A stretch of 39,967 nt of DNA from contig CBDBIJ010000104.1 of the NCBI GenBank assembly GCA_965205655.1, positions 1-39,967 of the forward strand, written 5' to 3'. Both the position numbers and the translations under genes were made by a program. Shown here one piece after another: positions 30,635 to 38,968 of this stretch; position 1 is the stretch's first letter, and each line of letters opens with the position of its first letter. The DNA comes from Candidatus Latescibacterota bacterium. GTDB lineage: Bacteria > Latescibacterota > UBA2968 > UBA8231. The notes beneath the pieces are model-generated. The model was given only the letters and a program-made list of their open reading frames with translations, was not told where the DNA came from and searched no databases.

Positions 30635-33445
30635 CTAGGCCGCCTCCTCGAGCCGCCGCGCCAGGAACCGTCCCGTCCACGAGCCGTCATTCCTCGCCAC
30701 CTCCGCCGGCGTGCCTGCCGCGACCACCTCGCCCCCGGCCTCACCTGCCTCCGGGCCGAGATCGATGATGTAATCGGCGGCGGCGATCAGGTCGATGTTG
30801 TGCTCGACTACGATGACGCTGTGACCCCCATCGACGAACCGCTGCAACAGCTCGACGAGGTAGTGGATGTCGTCCAGATGCAACCCGGTCGTCGGCTCGT
30901 CGAGAATGTAGAGTGTCCGACTCCGCTGTGGCCGGCCCAGCTCTGTCGCCAGTTTGATCCGTTGAGCCTCGCCGCCCGACAGACTGCTGGCCGGCTGTCC
31001 CAGGTGAAGGTAGCCGAGCCCCAGCTCCTGCATCAGGGCCAGGCGGCGCGCCACATCCGGGATCGGCTCGAAAAGAGCGAACGCTTCGCCGACGCTCAAC
31101 TCGAGCACTTGAGCGACCGAAAGGTCGCGGTAGCGGATATCCAGCACCTCCCGCTTGTAGCGTCTCCCACCGCAAGTGTGACAGGCTATCGCGAGATCTT
31201 CGAGCAGGCTCTCGCCGCGATCCGCTGCCAGGCCGGTTCCGCCGCATTCCTCACAGGCACCCTGAGCGGCATTGAAACTGAAGTGAGCCGGCCTGTATCC
31301 CCTCATGCGGGCCTCGGGCAGCTCTGCGAACAGCCGCCTGATTGGCCCGAGCAATCCGGTAAACGTGGCTGCATTCGACCTGGCCGAACGGCCGATCTGT
31401 CTTTGATCGACGGACACGACCCGCTCGATCCGGTCGATGCCGTCACAGCTGTCGTGTGGCAGGGGCCGCGATTCCGCCTTGTGAAGTTGCGCCGCCAGGG
31501 CCGGAAAGACTGTTTCGAGGATGAGGCTGCTCTTGCCGGACCCCGAGACCCCTGTGACACAAATGAAATTCTCCAGCGGAAAAGCGACGTTGACGCTCTT
31601 CAGATTGTGCCCCCGGGCCCCCTCGACGCGCAGCCAGCCCCTCTCGCCCGGCACTCGGCCCCTGCCTGCACCGAGACGGCGTGCTCCGCCGAGGTACTTG
31701 CCGGTGGGCGACGAGGAAGCCCCGACTTCCGCCGGTGTCCCCTGTGCCTCTATTCGCCCTCCGGCGGCACCTGCTCCCGGGCCCATGTCGACGAGGTGAT
31801 CGGCCCGCCGCAGCAGATCGAGGTCGTGCTCCACGACGATGACTGTGTTGCCGGCATCGCGCATCTGACCAAGTGTCCGCGCCAGTCTGTCCGTGTCCCG
31901 AGCGTGGAGGCCCACGCTCGGCTCGTCTAGCACGTACAACATCTGCGTCATCCCCGATCCCATGGCGGCGGCGAACCGCAGCCGCTGGAACTCTCCGCTC
32001 GACAGAGAGTGCGAGGACCGATTCAAAGTCAGGTATCCCAGGCCCAGGTTCACCAATCTTCGCAGTTGCTCGCAGACCTCCACACTGATCGCTTCTCCCA
32101 CGGCGCGCTGTGACGCTTCGAACCGGAGTGTCGACATGAAGACGAGCGCCTCGTCGATAGACCTCGCGGCCAGCGATGCAATCGACTCGCCGCCGGGGAG
32201 CGTTACGGCGAGAGCCGCCGGGTTCAATCTCGCTCCATGGCAGGTGGCGCAGGGGGTATCGGCCAACCTGTCTTCGAGCCAGGCCAGTTCATCCCCCGAC
32301 GCCCTGGCGGCGACCTGCTCCAGCAACCGCCTGATCCCCAGGCGGCGCCCCTTTCCTTTCCACACGTGGCGCACGAGATCGTCGTCGGCCCACTCGCCTA
32401 CTGCAGTGTCGGTGTCGACCTCGAGCGCACTGCACAGTCGCATGACTTTCTCGCGCAGGTCGCGACGGCCGAACTCCTGCCACAACGTCCCGAGTGCCTC
32501 ATCTATCGATTGCGCTCCGTAAGAGAATACGCGATCGAGGTCCAAACCTTGCTCGGTGCCGAGCCCGCGGCAGTCGGGACAGGCCCCCTGGGAGCTGTTG
32601 AATGAAAACAGGGAGGGCGTCACTGCCTTGAATGGCTGGCTGCATTGAGAGCACGTGGGCGACACCGAGAAGCGCATCTCTCTGTTCGAACTCTGCGAAC
32701 CGGCTGCGCCCGGCGGGCCCTCGCTCGTCAACGCCAGTAGAGAGATTTGGCCCTGGCCGATTTCCACAGCCGCCTGCAGCGACCCTTTGAGTCTGGTCCT
32801 GCTGTCGTCCTGAACGACGAGGCGGTCCACGACGACCTCGACTCCGACAGCGGCGGCTCTATCGTCGAGTGTTCGTGGGTCGATTTCTTCCAGGAGTTTG
32901 ATCTGCCCGTCGATCCTCAGTCGGCGATAGCCACTGCGGTCCACCCGCGACAACAGATCGGCACCGGTTTCCTCGGTGTCCGGGAGTTGCGGCGCCAGCA
33001 CCAACAGCTTGGTACCTTCCTGCAGACCTGCCGCCGTCTCGTACACGGTTTCGAAGCGATGGATCTGAACCGCCGACCCGCACGACAGACAGCGCGGCTC
33101 TCCCAGTCGTGCGAACAGCAATCGCAGGTAGTCGTGGAGCCCCGTCAGCGTCGCCGCGGTGGAGCGGGCGCTGTGCCGGCTGCCCCGGCCTTGATCGATG
33201 GCGATGGCGGGTGCCAATCCCTCGATGACCCTGGCGCGGGGAGCCCGCGCTCGCTTGACGAGTGAAGCCTGAGAGAGATCGAGACTCAACAGATACCGGC
33301 GCCTGGCCTCGGCGTAGATGGTGTCGAAAGCGAGCGACGACTTGCCGGACCCCGACACGCCACTGATGGCGATCAGACAGCCGTGCGGCAAATCGACATC
33401 GACTGATCGAAGATTGTGCTCCGAGGCACCGCGTATCCTGATGGT
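30635..33445 (-). CDS. uvrA: Excinuclease ABC subunit A-like ATPase (start codon unresolved)
   Basis: Two GVSGSGKSS Walker A motifs, LSSGEFQR and LSGGEAQR signatures, LDEP Walker B motifs, CxxC zinc fingers. The conserved TIRIRGASEHNL block lies upstream of the TTG at 33391. Confidence 0.88.
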   Translation of the reverse strand, partial: TIRIRGASEHNLRSVDVDLPHGCLIAISGVSGSGKSSLAFDTIYAEARRRYLLSLDLSQASLVKRARAPRARVIEGLAPAIAIDQGRGSRHSARSTAATLTGLHDYLRLLFARLGEPRCLSCGSAVQIHRFETVYETAAGLQEGTKLLVLAPQLPDTEETGADLLSRVDRSGYRRLRIDGQIKLLEEIDPRTLDDRAAAVGVEVVVDRLVVQDDSRTRLKGSLQAAVEIGQGQISLLALTSEGPPGAAGSQSSNREMRFSVSPTCSQCSQPFKAVTPSLFSFNSSQGACPDCRGLGTEQGLDLDRVFSYGAQSIDEALGTLWQEFGRRDLREKVMRLCSALEVDTDTAVGEWADDDLVRHVWKGKGRRLGIRRLLEQVAARASGDELAWLEDRLADTPCATCHGARLNPAALAVTLPGGESIASLAARSIDEALVFMSTLRFEASQRAVGEAISVEVCEQLRRLVNLGLGYLTLNRSSHSLSSGEFQRLRFAAAMGSGMTQMLYVLDEPSVGLHARDTDRLARTLGQMRDAGNTVIVVEHDLDLLRRADHLVDMGPGAGAAGGRIEAQGTPAEVGASSSPTGKYLGGARRLGAGRGRVPGERGWLRVEGARGHNLKSVNVAFPLENFICVTGVSGSGKSSLILETVFPALAAQLHKAESRPLPHDSCDGIDRIERVVSVDQRQIGRSARSNAATFTGLLGPIRRLFAELPEARMRGYRPAHFSFNAAQGACEECGGTGLAADRGESLLEDLAIACHTCGGRRYKREVLDIRYRDLSVAQVLELSVGEAFALFEPIPDVARRLALMQELGLGYLHLGQPASSLSGGEAQRIKLATELGRPQRSRTLYILDEPTTGLHLDDIHYLVELLQRFVDGGHSVIVVEHNIDLIAAADYIIDLGPEAGEAGGEVVAAGTPAEVARNDGSWTGRFLARRLEEAA

Positions 33446-33487
33446 GGGTTGACAGGCTTTGATGATGCGGGTTATCTACTTAGAGAA

Positions 33488-33586
33488 CCGGGTTGACCCC
33501 GTAGTTGATCCGTAGTTGATCCGTAGTTGATCCAGTGTCGAATCCAGTGTCGATCCAGTGTCGATCGAGTGTTGATCGAGGTAGAT
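33488..33586. repeat. Degenerate tandem repeat of about 11 bp (about 9 units)
   Basis: CCGGGTTGACC, 3x CCGTAGTTGAT, CCAGTGTCGAAT, 2x CCAGTGTCGAT, CGAGTGTTGAT, CGAGGTAGAT. Confidence 0.9.
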
Positions 33587-33596
33587 TCGGCTGATC

Positions 33597-34349
33597 ATGA
33601 GACGTTGTGCCAAGCTTTTCATTCTGGCCCTCGCAGGCGCTTTGGCGCTGTCGCATCCCGGAGCCGAGGCTCAGATGAGAATGAGAGGGACGGCCAAGGC
33701 GGGTCGTCTTCTCTACCACTCCCCGTCGGCCGGGAAGAACGGCCTCTCGTGCATTCACTGCCACGCCGACTTCGATGAGAAAAAGTACGGCGACGGCAAG
33801 ATTCGAGCCGCTCATCCCCTCATCAACTCCGCCAGCCGCCAGACCTGGTGGGGCCAGGATCCGGAGGAGGAGGGCATCCATCAGGATGTGTCTCACGCAG
33901 CCGTTGTCTGCGTGGTGGACTTCATGCAGAACCCGGACAAACTGACAGCTCAGCAGCTGCTCGACCTCGAGGCCTACCTCCAGGCCATCACCAGACAGCC
34001 GATCCGGGCGCCCCTTGCTCTGGCCCCCGGCGCCGACAGAACCGGCCAACAGGGCCTCGGAGGCGGCGACAGGATTCGCGGGCGCGACTTCTTCTTTAGC
34101 GCCTGTCATAGCTGCCATCCCAACGGCAACGAGGGTATCGCGCCCGCCTTGCCCAGGGACAAGGAGCCGGCGTTCTACGCCCGCAAGGTCCGCGAGAGTA
34201 ACGGCCTCGGTGCAAAACTGTCCGGAATCGATCCCGATGCCTACGAACCCGCATCGGGGCAGTTCATGCCGTTCTTCGGTCTGGATCGACTCAGCAACCC
34301 GCAGCTACGCGACATCATCGCCTACGTGCGCAGCCTGCCACCACCGTAA
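33597..34349 (+). CDS. Periplasmic diheme cytochrome c
   Basis: Sec-type signal peptide ending AEA; heme motifs CIHCH and CHSCH; distal FMPFF. Confidence 0.9.
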   Translation: MRRCAKLFILALAGALALSHPGAEAQMRMRGTAKAGRLLYHSPSAGKNGLSCIHCHADFDEKKYGDGKIRAAHPLINSASRQTWWGQDPEEEGIHQDVSHAAVVCVVDFMQNPDKLTAQQLLDLEAYLQAITRQPIRAPLALAPGADRTGQQGLGGGDRIRGRDFFFSACHSCHPNGNEGIAPALPRDKEPAFYARKVRESNGLGAKLSGIDPDAYEPASGQFMPFFGLDRLSNPQLRDIIAYVRSLPPP

Positions 34350-34398
34350 TTCACCACCGCTCTTTGCAAACCGGCACCGCCTCACCGCGCAACGGCTG

Positions 34399-35649
34399 TC
34401 ACGAGTCCGACAGGTCCCCGGACTCCCGTTCCCGCTGCAGTCGGCGCCCCTCCTGATCCAGGCGCGCGATGCGAAAAAAGAGCATGAAGGCCGTGAGTGC
34501 GGTGATTCCGTAGAGCGCCATCTCGGGGGCGCCGAAGAGCATGCAGATGATCAACAGCAGGATGAACGTGTTGCGTTTCGGATGGAAGCGCCTCACGATC
34601 CGATCGCTGCGTCGAAAGTCGCTGTCCGTCACTCCAAGAAAGGTCTTGTACCAGGACGAGAAAACGCGGTTGGGCCAATAGAAGAGCTGCAGCAGGTACG
34701 AGGACAGCGCCGCCCGCGAGTAGGGATCGCCGTCGGCGAGATGATAGCCGAAGGCGGCGAACAGCAACGGCAGGTAGAGCGTGTCGGCGGCGTGATCGAG
34801 CACGTGCCCTCCCTCCGATTCCCTCAGAGTCAATCTGGCCAGCTTGCCGTCAACCCCGTCAGTGACGCCGCGCACCAGATTGACGGCGATGCCATCCCAG
34901 AAACAGCCTGCCGCGAACAGCGGCAACGCCGCCGCGCTCAGAATGATGTTGAGATAGGAGACCTGGTTCGGCGTGATCGGGGTTGTGGACACCATCCTGG
35001 TCAGGGCGAATTCGATCGGCGGATGGATGAACTCGCCCATCAGATCGTTGATACCCTTGCCTGCCAACTCTCTGAGAAATCGGTCCGCCCTTTTGCTCGA
35101 GTCCGAATCGACGACGGCGATCACACACGGGGCCACTGCTTTGCGCAGATTCGAATCGTGCCCGCCGACCCCGCTCAGCTCGATTGTGCCCATCTCGACG
35201 TCGTCGGTCGCTCCCCTCGCGCTCTGTGTCCAGTCGGTGTCTCCAGTCGACGCCACCGCAGCCAGCGAGCCTGCATCGACCAATAGCGCCGCCGCTTCCA
35301 GCGGTTGGCCGTTCATCTGTCCGGCGGCTGGCGCCGCGGCCTGCCACAAAATCCCAGCGAAGCGGCGGTCGTACACCCCGTTTGCCTCGAGCACCAGCAC
35401 CGGGCCCCGCGACTGGCGGACCACGCCCTCGACCATTCTCCAGGTGGCGCGTTCCGCGCTCTGTACGACAGGCTCCACGAGTCGGGCGAACCGTCTTCGC
35501 GTCGCGCGGCTGCGGTCCTCTTCTCGGGCGAGGATGACGACTTCTCCGGCGCCGAGCCGCTCCACAAGACGCAGGTTGCGCTCCAGCAGCGTCATCCCCC
35601 AGAGGCGACGGAAGGCATCCGCAGAGGTGGCGTCGAGTAGGACGGTCAT
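34399..35649 (-). CDS. CDP-alcohol phosphotransferase with degenerate N-terminal nucleotidyltransferase-like domain
   Basis: ITPNQVS and DGVDGKLAR..GHVLDHAAD signature; N-terminal LWGMTLLERNLR. Start taken at ATG 35649. Confidence 0.85.
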   Translation of the reverse strand: MTVLLDATSADAFRRLWGMTLLERNLRLVERLGAGEVVILAREEDRSRATRRRFARLVEPVVQSAERATWRMVEGVVRQSRGPVLVLEANGVYDRRFAGILWQAAAPAAGQMNGQPLEAAALLVDAGSLAAVASTGDTDWTQSARGATDDVEMGTIELSGVGGHDSNLRKAVAPCVIAVVDSDSSKRADRFLRELAGKGINDLMGEFIHPPIEFALTRMVSTTPITPNQVSYLNIILSAAALPLFAAGCFWDGIAVNLVRGVTDGVDGKLARLTLRESEGGHVLDHAADTLYLPLLFAAFGYHLADGDPYSRAALSSYLLQLFYWPNRVFSSWYKTFLGVTDSDFRRSDRIVRRFHPKRNTFILLLIICMLFGAPEMALYGITALTAFMLFFRIARLDQEGRRLQRERESGDLSDS

Positions 35650-35783
35650 GGCGTCGCCGGAGGCGGTTGGCAGCTGCTGCGAGGAGCCACCGGCCGCCAC
35701 AGGGGTGGGACGACGCTCGCCTACCTTGGCCAGGACGGCTTGTGCGCGAGTTGCCAAAGGGTGGAATGACTGGAGTGCTGCCG

Positions 35784-36509
35784 CTATGACAGACGCGGCA
35801 GGGTGAAGCGCAAAGCCTCGTTGTAGTCGTCGAGGGAGTCGATCTCCGCCCAAGGCAAATCCCCGGCCTCGACTGCGAACAATTGGCCCTCCTCGATGAG
35901 CGGGCCAAACGCCGAAGTCGGAAACGCGTCGAGCTCCCCCTGTCGTATGAGGCGCTCGACCTCGTCTCGCACGACGCCGGCTCCGGCTCCGTCGAATTTC
36001 ACCACCTGCACGCTCTGAGCGTGCGCGCTGTCCGGGTTCAGCTCTTTGCCAATCGCCGTCACCAGTCCCCCTTCCTGCATTACGACGTTCATTTCGCCCG
36101 CCACGAGGTTCACGTGCGAGTCGACGGCGATCGAGTTGCCGTGCTCGGCTTGGGTCAGGCGCTGCGCCAATTCTGGGGGGAAGACGATGTCGCAGTTGAC
36201 GAGGAAACAGTCGGTGTCGAGCTCAGAGCCGGCGAGGTGAAGAGAGTAGATGCTGTTCGTCGTGGCAAAATCCGGGTTTTCGATATAGCGCACCTCCGTA
36301 TAGCCGACGCGGCTGCTGCAGTGATGGCGGATTCTTGCCGCCTCGTAGCCGGTCACCACGACGATATCTTCCACTCCGGCGCTGTGGAGCGCTCTCATCT
36401 GGCGATCGATGAGCGGCTCGAACCCGAAGGGTACGAGGCACTTGGGAAGACCGTTCGTGACAGGAGTCAGGCGGGTGCCGGCTCCGGCCGCCAGGATGAT
36501 GGCTTTCAT
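35784..36509 (-). CDS. LicC/IPCT-like phospho-substrate cytidylyltransferase (NTP transferase)
   Basis: MKAIILAAGAGTRL, PKCL, VVTGY, NPDFATTNSIYSL, NCD, WAEIDSLDDY. Confidence 0.88.
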   Translation of the reverse strand: MKAIILAAGAGTRLTPVTNGLPKCLVPFGFEPLIDRQMRALHSAGVEDIVVVTGYEAARIRHHCSSRVGYTEVRYIENPDFATTNSIYSLHLAGSELDTDCFLVNCDIVFPPELAQRLTQAEHGNSIAVDSHVNLVAGEMNVVMQEGGLVTAIGKELNPDSAHAQSVQVVKFDGAGAGVVRDEVERLIRQGELDAFPTSAFGPLIEEGQLFAVEAGDLPWAEIDSLDDYNEALRFTLPRLS

Positions 36510-36773
36510 GTGTGATGCTATACGTAACCTCGAGAGGGATTCCCTTAAAGATAAGGGGAGTCACCGACTGGCGCTCAGATAGCCTGTAGACGACGACTTC
36601 GTTGACGAGATCGGATGAGGTGTCTATCTTAAATCCATTGCTATCAGCAGGTTGTCAAGGTTGTCACAGATTTGCCGGTCGCCTTTGCCCCCTTCGCCCC
36701 CCGATCCGACGCCCACCGAGTGGTAGCGCACTCCTGATTCCGGTAACCCTCTAATAGGGTTGCGGTCACCAGC

Positions 36774-37556
36774 ATGAAAGCGCTCATTCTGGCCGCCGGG
36801 CGTGGCAGACGCCTTTGGCCCCTCACGGCCAACCAGCCAAAATGCCTGTTGGACGTGGGTGGCACCTCCATCCTCGAGCATCAGCTCGCCAGCCTGGAGG
36901 CGGCCGGAATTCGCCGGGTTGTCCTCGTGTGTGGATTCGGAGTCGACCGCATTCGGCGAAAACTCGACGCCTGCCGCTCGGGCCTCCACGTCCGTATTCT
37001 GTACAATCCTTTTTATGCCGTCGCCGACAATCTCGTTTCATTGTGGGCCGCCCGTGCCGACATGGACGAAGACTTTCTCCTCCTCAATGGGGACAACGTG
37101 TTTCACCCGGACGTGCTCGAGACTCTGATCTCCGACACCTCCGGTACCTGCCTGATGATTCACCGGAAAACCGCTTACGACGACGATGACATGAAAGTGG
37201 AGCTCGATGGCGATTCGCTCCGCAGCGTCGGCAAGGACCTGCCGCTCGATCGCACCCATGCGGAGTCGATCGGCATCATGCGGTTCGCCGGCGCCGGGGT
37301 GCTGCAACTGCTGCGCACTCTCGAGGAGGCGGTCATGGAGGAGACGGCACTGGGCCAGCTCTTCGTGGAGGGAGTCCAACGTCTCGTCGACAAAGGATAC
37401 GCGGTTGCTGCCCTCGATGTTGGGGACCTCCCCTGGGCCGACGTCGACACCCAGACGGATCTGGCCCGTGTGCGCCAACATGTGCATCTGTTCACATCGC
37501 CCTCCTCATCTCGACCTGGTGTTCCTCCTGAAGCCGGACTGAGGAGACAGGTGTGA
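36774..37556 (+). CDS. LicC/IPCT-like phospho-substrate cytidylyltransferase (NTP transferase)
   Basis: MKALILAAGRGRRL, PKCL, YNPFYAVADNLVSL, LNGD, DDDDMKV, AESIG, WADVDTQTDL. Confidence 0.9.
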   Translation: MKALILAAGRGRRLWPLTANQPKCLLDVGGTSILEHQLASLEAAGIRRVVLVCGFGVDRIRRKLDACRSGLHVRILYNPFYAVADNLVSLWAARADMDEDFLLLNGDNVFHPDVLETLISDTSGTCLMIHRKTAYDDDDMKVELDGDSLRSVGKDLPLDRTHAESIGIMRFAGAGVLQLLRTLEEAVMEETALGQLFVEGVQRLVDKGYAVAALDVGDLPWADVDTQTDLARVRQHVHLFTSPSSSRPGVPPEAGLRRQV

Positions 37557-38968
37557 TTCGGCAGGGCCTGCTCGTGTTTGAAGACTCGGCCGCAGGGGCG
37601 AGCCGTACCTGGTTGCGATTCGGCGGCCTGTCTCTGCTCGACCGGGGGATCCGCACCATGGCGCGAGCCGGCTGCGAGCGGATTCTCGTCATCGTGCCGG
37701 AGGGCTCCCGAACCCGTCCGAGCCGGCTGCCCCGCAAGCTCGATATCGATGTCGAGATCGTCCGCTGGGGCGCCAACCCGTCCATGGCCTGTATCCCGGG
37801 CGAGGATTACCTCCTGCTGGCCGGCGACTGTGCTCACCATCATACGTCGCTGAGCCAACTCGTCACCGACGGCTTGCGCGGCTCCGACCTCGTCGTCCAG
37901 GTCGGCGAGGGCGATCTGCAGTCGGCGCCTCTGCATCGGGTGAGTTGCCGGGACACGGTGGTGCGGTTCCAGCCGTCCGTGGCGCCGGCCAAAGATGATG
38001 TGAGCACTGGAGCCTTCCTATGCAGTGCCTCCATAACCCCATTCGAGCTGCCGGCCGCCGGCACCGACCTCAACACCTTCTTGTCGGTGAGATCGGCCGG
38101 TCGACGCATTGACACGCGGCCGATCGCTTTCCCGCTTCTGTGGCGCCGCGTCGTCGATCGCGCCAGCGGGCGGGCCGCTCGCAACATGCTCTTTTCGCAA
38201 GTCACCAAATCGACGAGCGGCCCGGTATCTCGCCACATCAACGCTAGAATGTCGATCCCAACGAGCAAGTTGCTCATCGAGACCGGCGTATCACCTCATA
38301 TCGTCACCGTTCTGCTCGTGCTCACGACCGGTCTTTCCGCCGCCTATCTCATCTCCATGCCGGACGACTACCTCAGTCTTGCCCTAGCGGGAATTCTCTG
38401 GCAGCTGGCCGCTGTCTTCGACCGCTGCGACGGCGAGATCGCCAGGGTCAAGCTGGCAGAATCGAAATTCGGCGCCTGGTTCGACACCATTACTGACAAC
38501 ATCGCCTACCTGTCCGCCTATGTCGGTTTTCTCTTCGCCGTGGCCCGCCTCTACGAAGATTGGTACTTCAGTCTGGCCATCTCCGCCGTGGCGGCTATGC
38601 TCCTGACTCTTGGGGTCATGTACGCCTACGCCATCAAGACCGGTTCGGGATCGCTTCAGAGGTATCTCGTCGGGTTTGCCCGGCACGTTCCCGATAGCGA
38701 GAAGGGACGCATCTACAGGTGGATGGAGCGCTACTCCTTTCTGGCCAAGCGCGATTTCTTCTCGTTCGTCTTCCTCGTCCTGTGCATTTCCAATCAGTTC
38801 GAGTTGCTCTACTGGTTCACGGTCGGCGGGCTCCACCTTCTCGCCGCGGGAGTGCTCATGTCCCAGCGCAAAATGCTCGCCGGTCATCGGGCTCTGGCGC
38901 AGGGCCGGCCAGTTGCAGCGAGCGTCCTGCAGCCGGTCGGCGCCACGACGCGGGGAGTTGAGGACTGA
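37553..38968 (+). CDS. CDP-alcohol phosphotransferase with degenerate N-terminal nucleotidyltransferase-like domain
   Basis: GPVSRHINARMSIP, VSPHIVT, DRCDGEIAR..GAWFDTITD signature; N-terminal FGGLSLLDRGI; GTGA overlap with the upstream stop. Confidence 0.87.
   Translation: MIRQGLLVFEDSAAGASRTWLRFGGLSLLDRGIRTMARAGCERILVIVPEGSRTRPSRLPRKLDIDVEIVRWGANPSMACIPGEDYLLLAGDCAHHHTSLSQLVTDGLRGSDLVVQVGEGDLQSAPLHRVSCRDTVVRFQPSVAPAKDDVSTGAFLCSASITPFELPAAGTDLNTFLSVRSAGRRIDTRPIAFPLLWRRVVDRASGRAARNMLFSQVTKSTSGPVSRHINARMSIPTSKLLIETGVSPHIVTVLLVLTTGLSAAYLISMPDDYLSLALAGILWQLAAVFDRCDGEIARVKLAESKFGAWFDTITDNIAYLSAYVGFLFAVARLYEDWYFSLAISAVAAMLLTLGVMYAYAIKTGSGSLQRYLVGFARHVPDSEKGRIYRWMERYSFLAKRDFFSFVFLVLCISNQFELLYWFTVGGLHLLAAGVLMSQRKMLAGHRALAQGRPVAASVLQPVGATTRGVED

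Noticed and set aside
33488..33586. CRISPR array (also considered for 1508-1557)
   Set aside because: Units are 11 or 19 bp, directly adjacent with no unique spacers, and there are no cas genes
36649..36666. Pho box
   Set aside because: The TGTCA half-sites have a 9-bp period, not the 11-bp period of PhoB boxes
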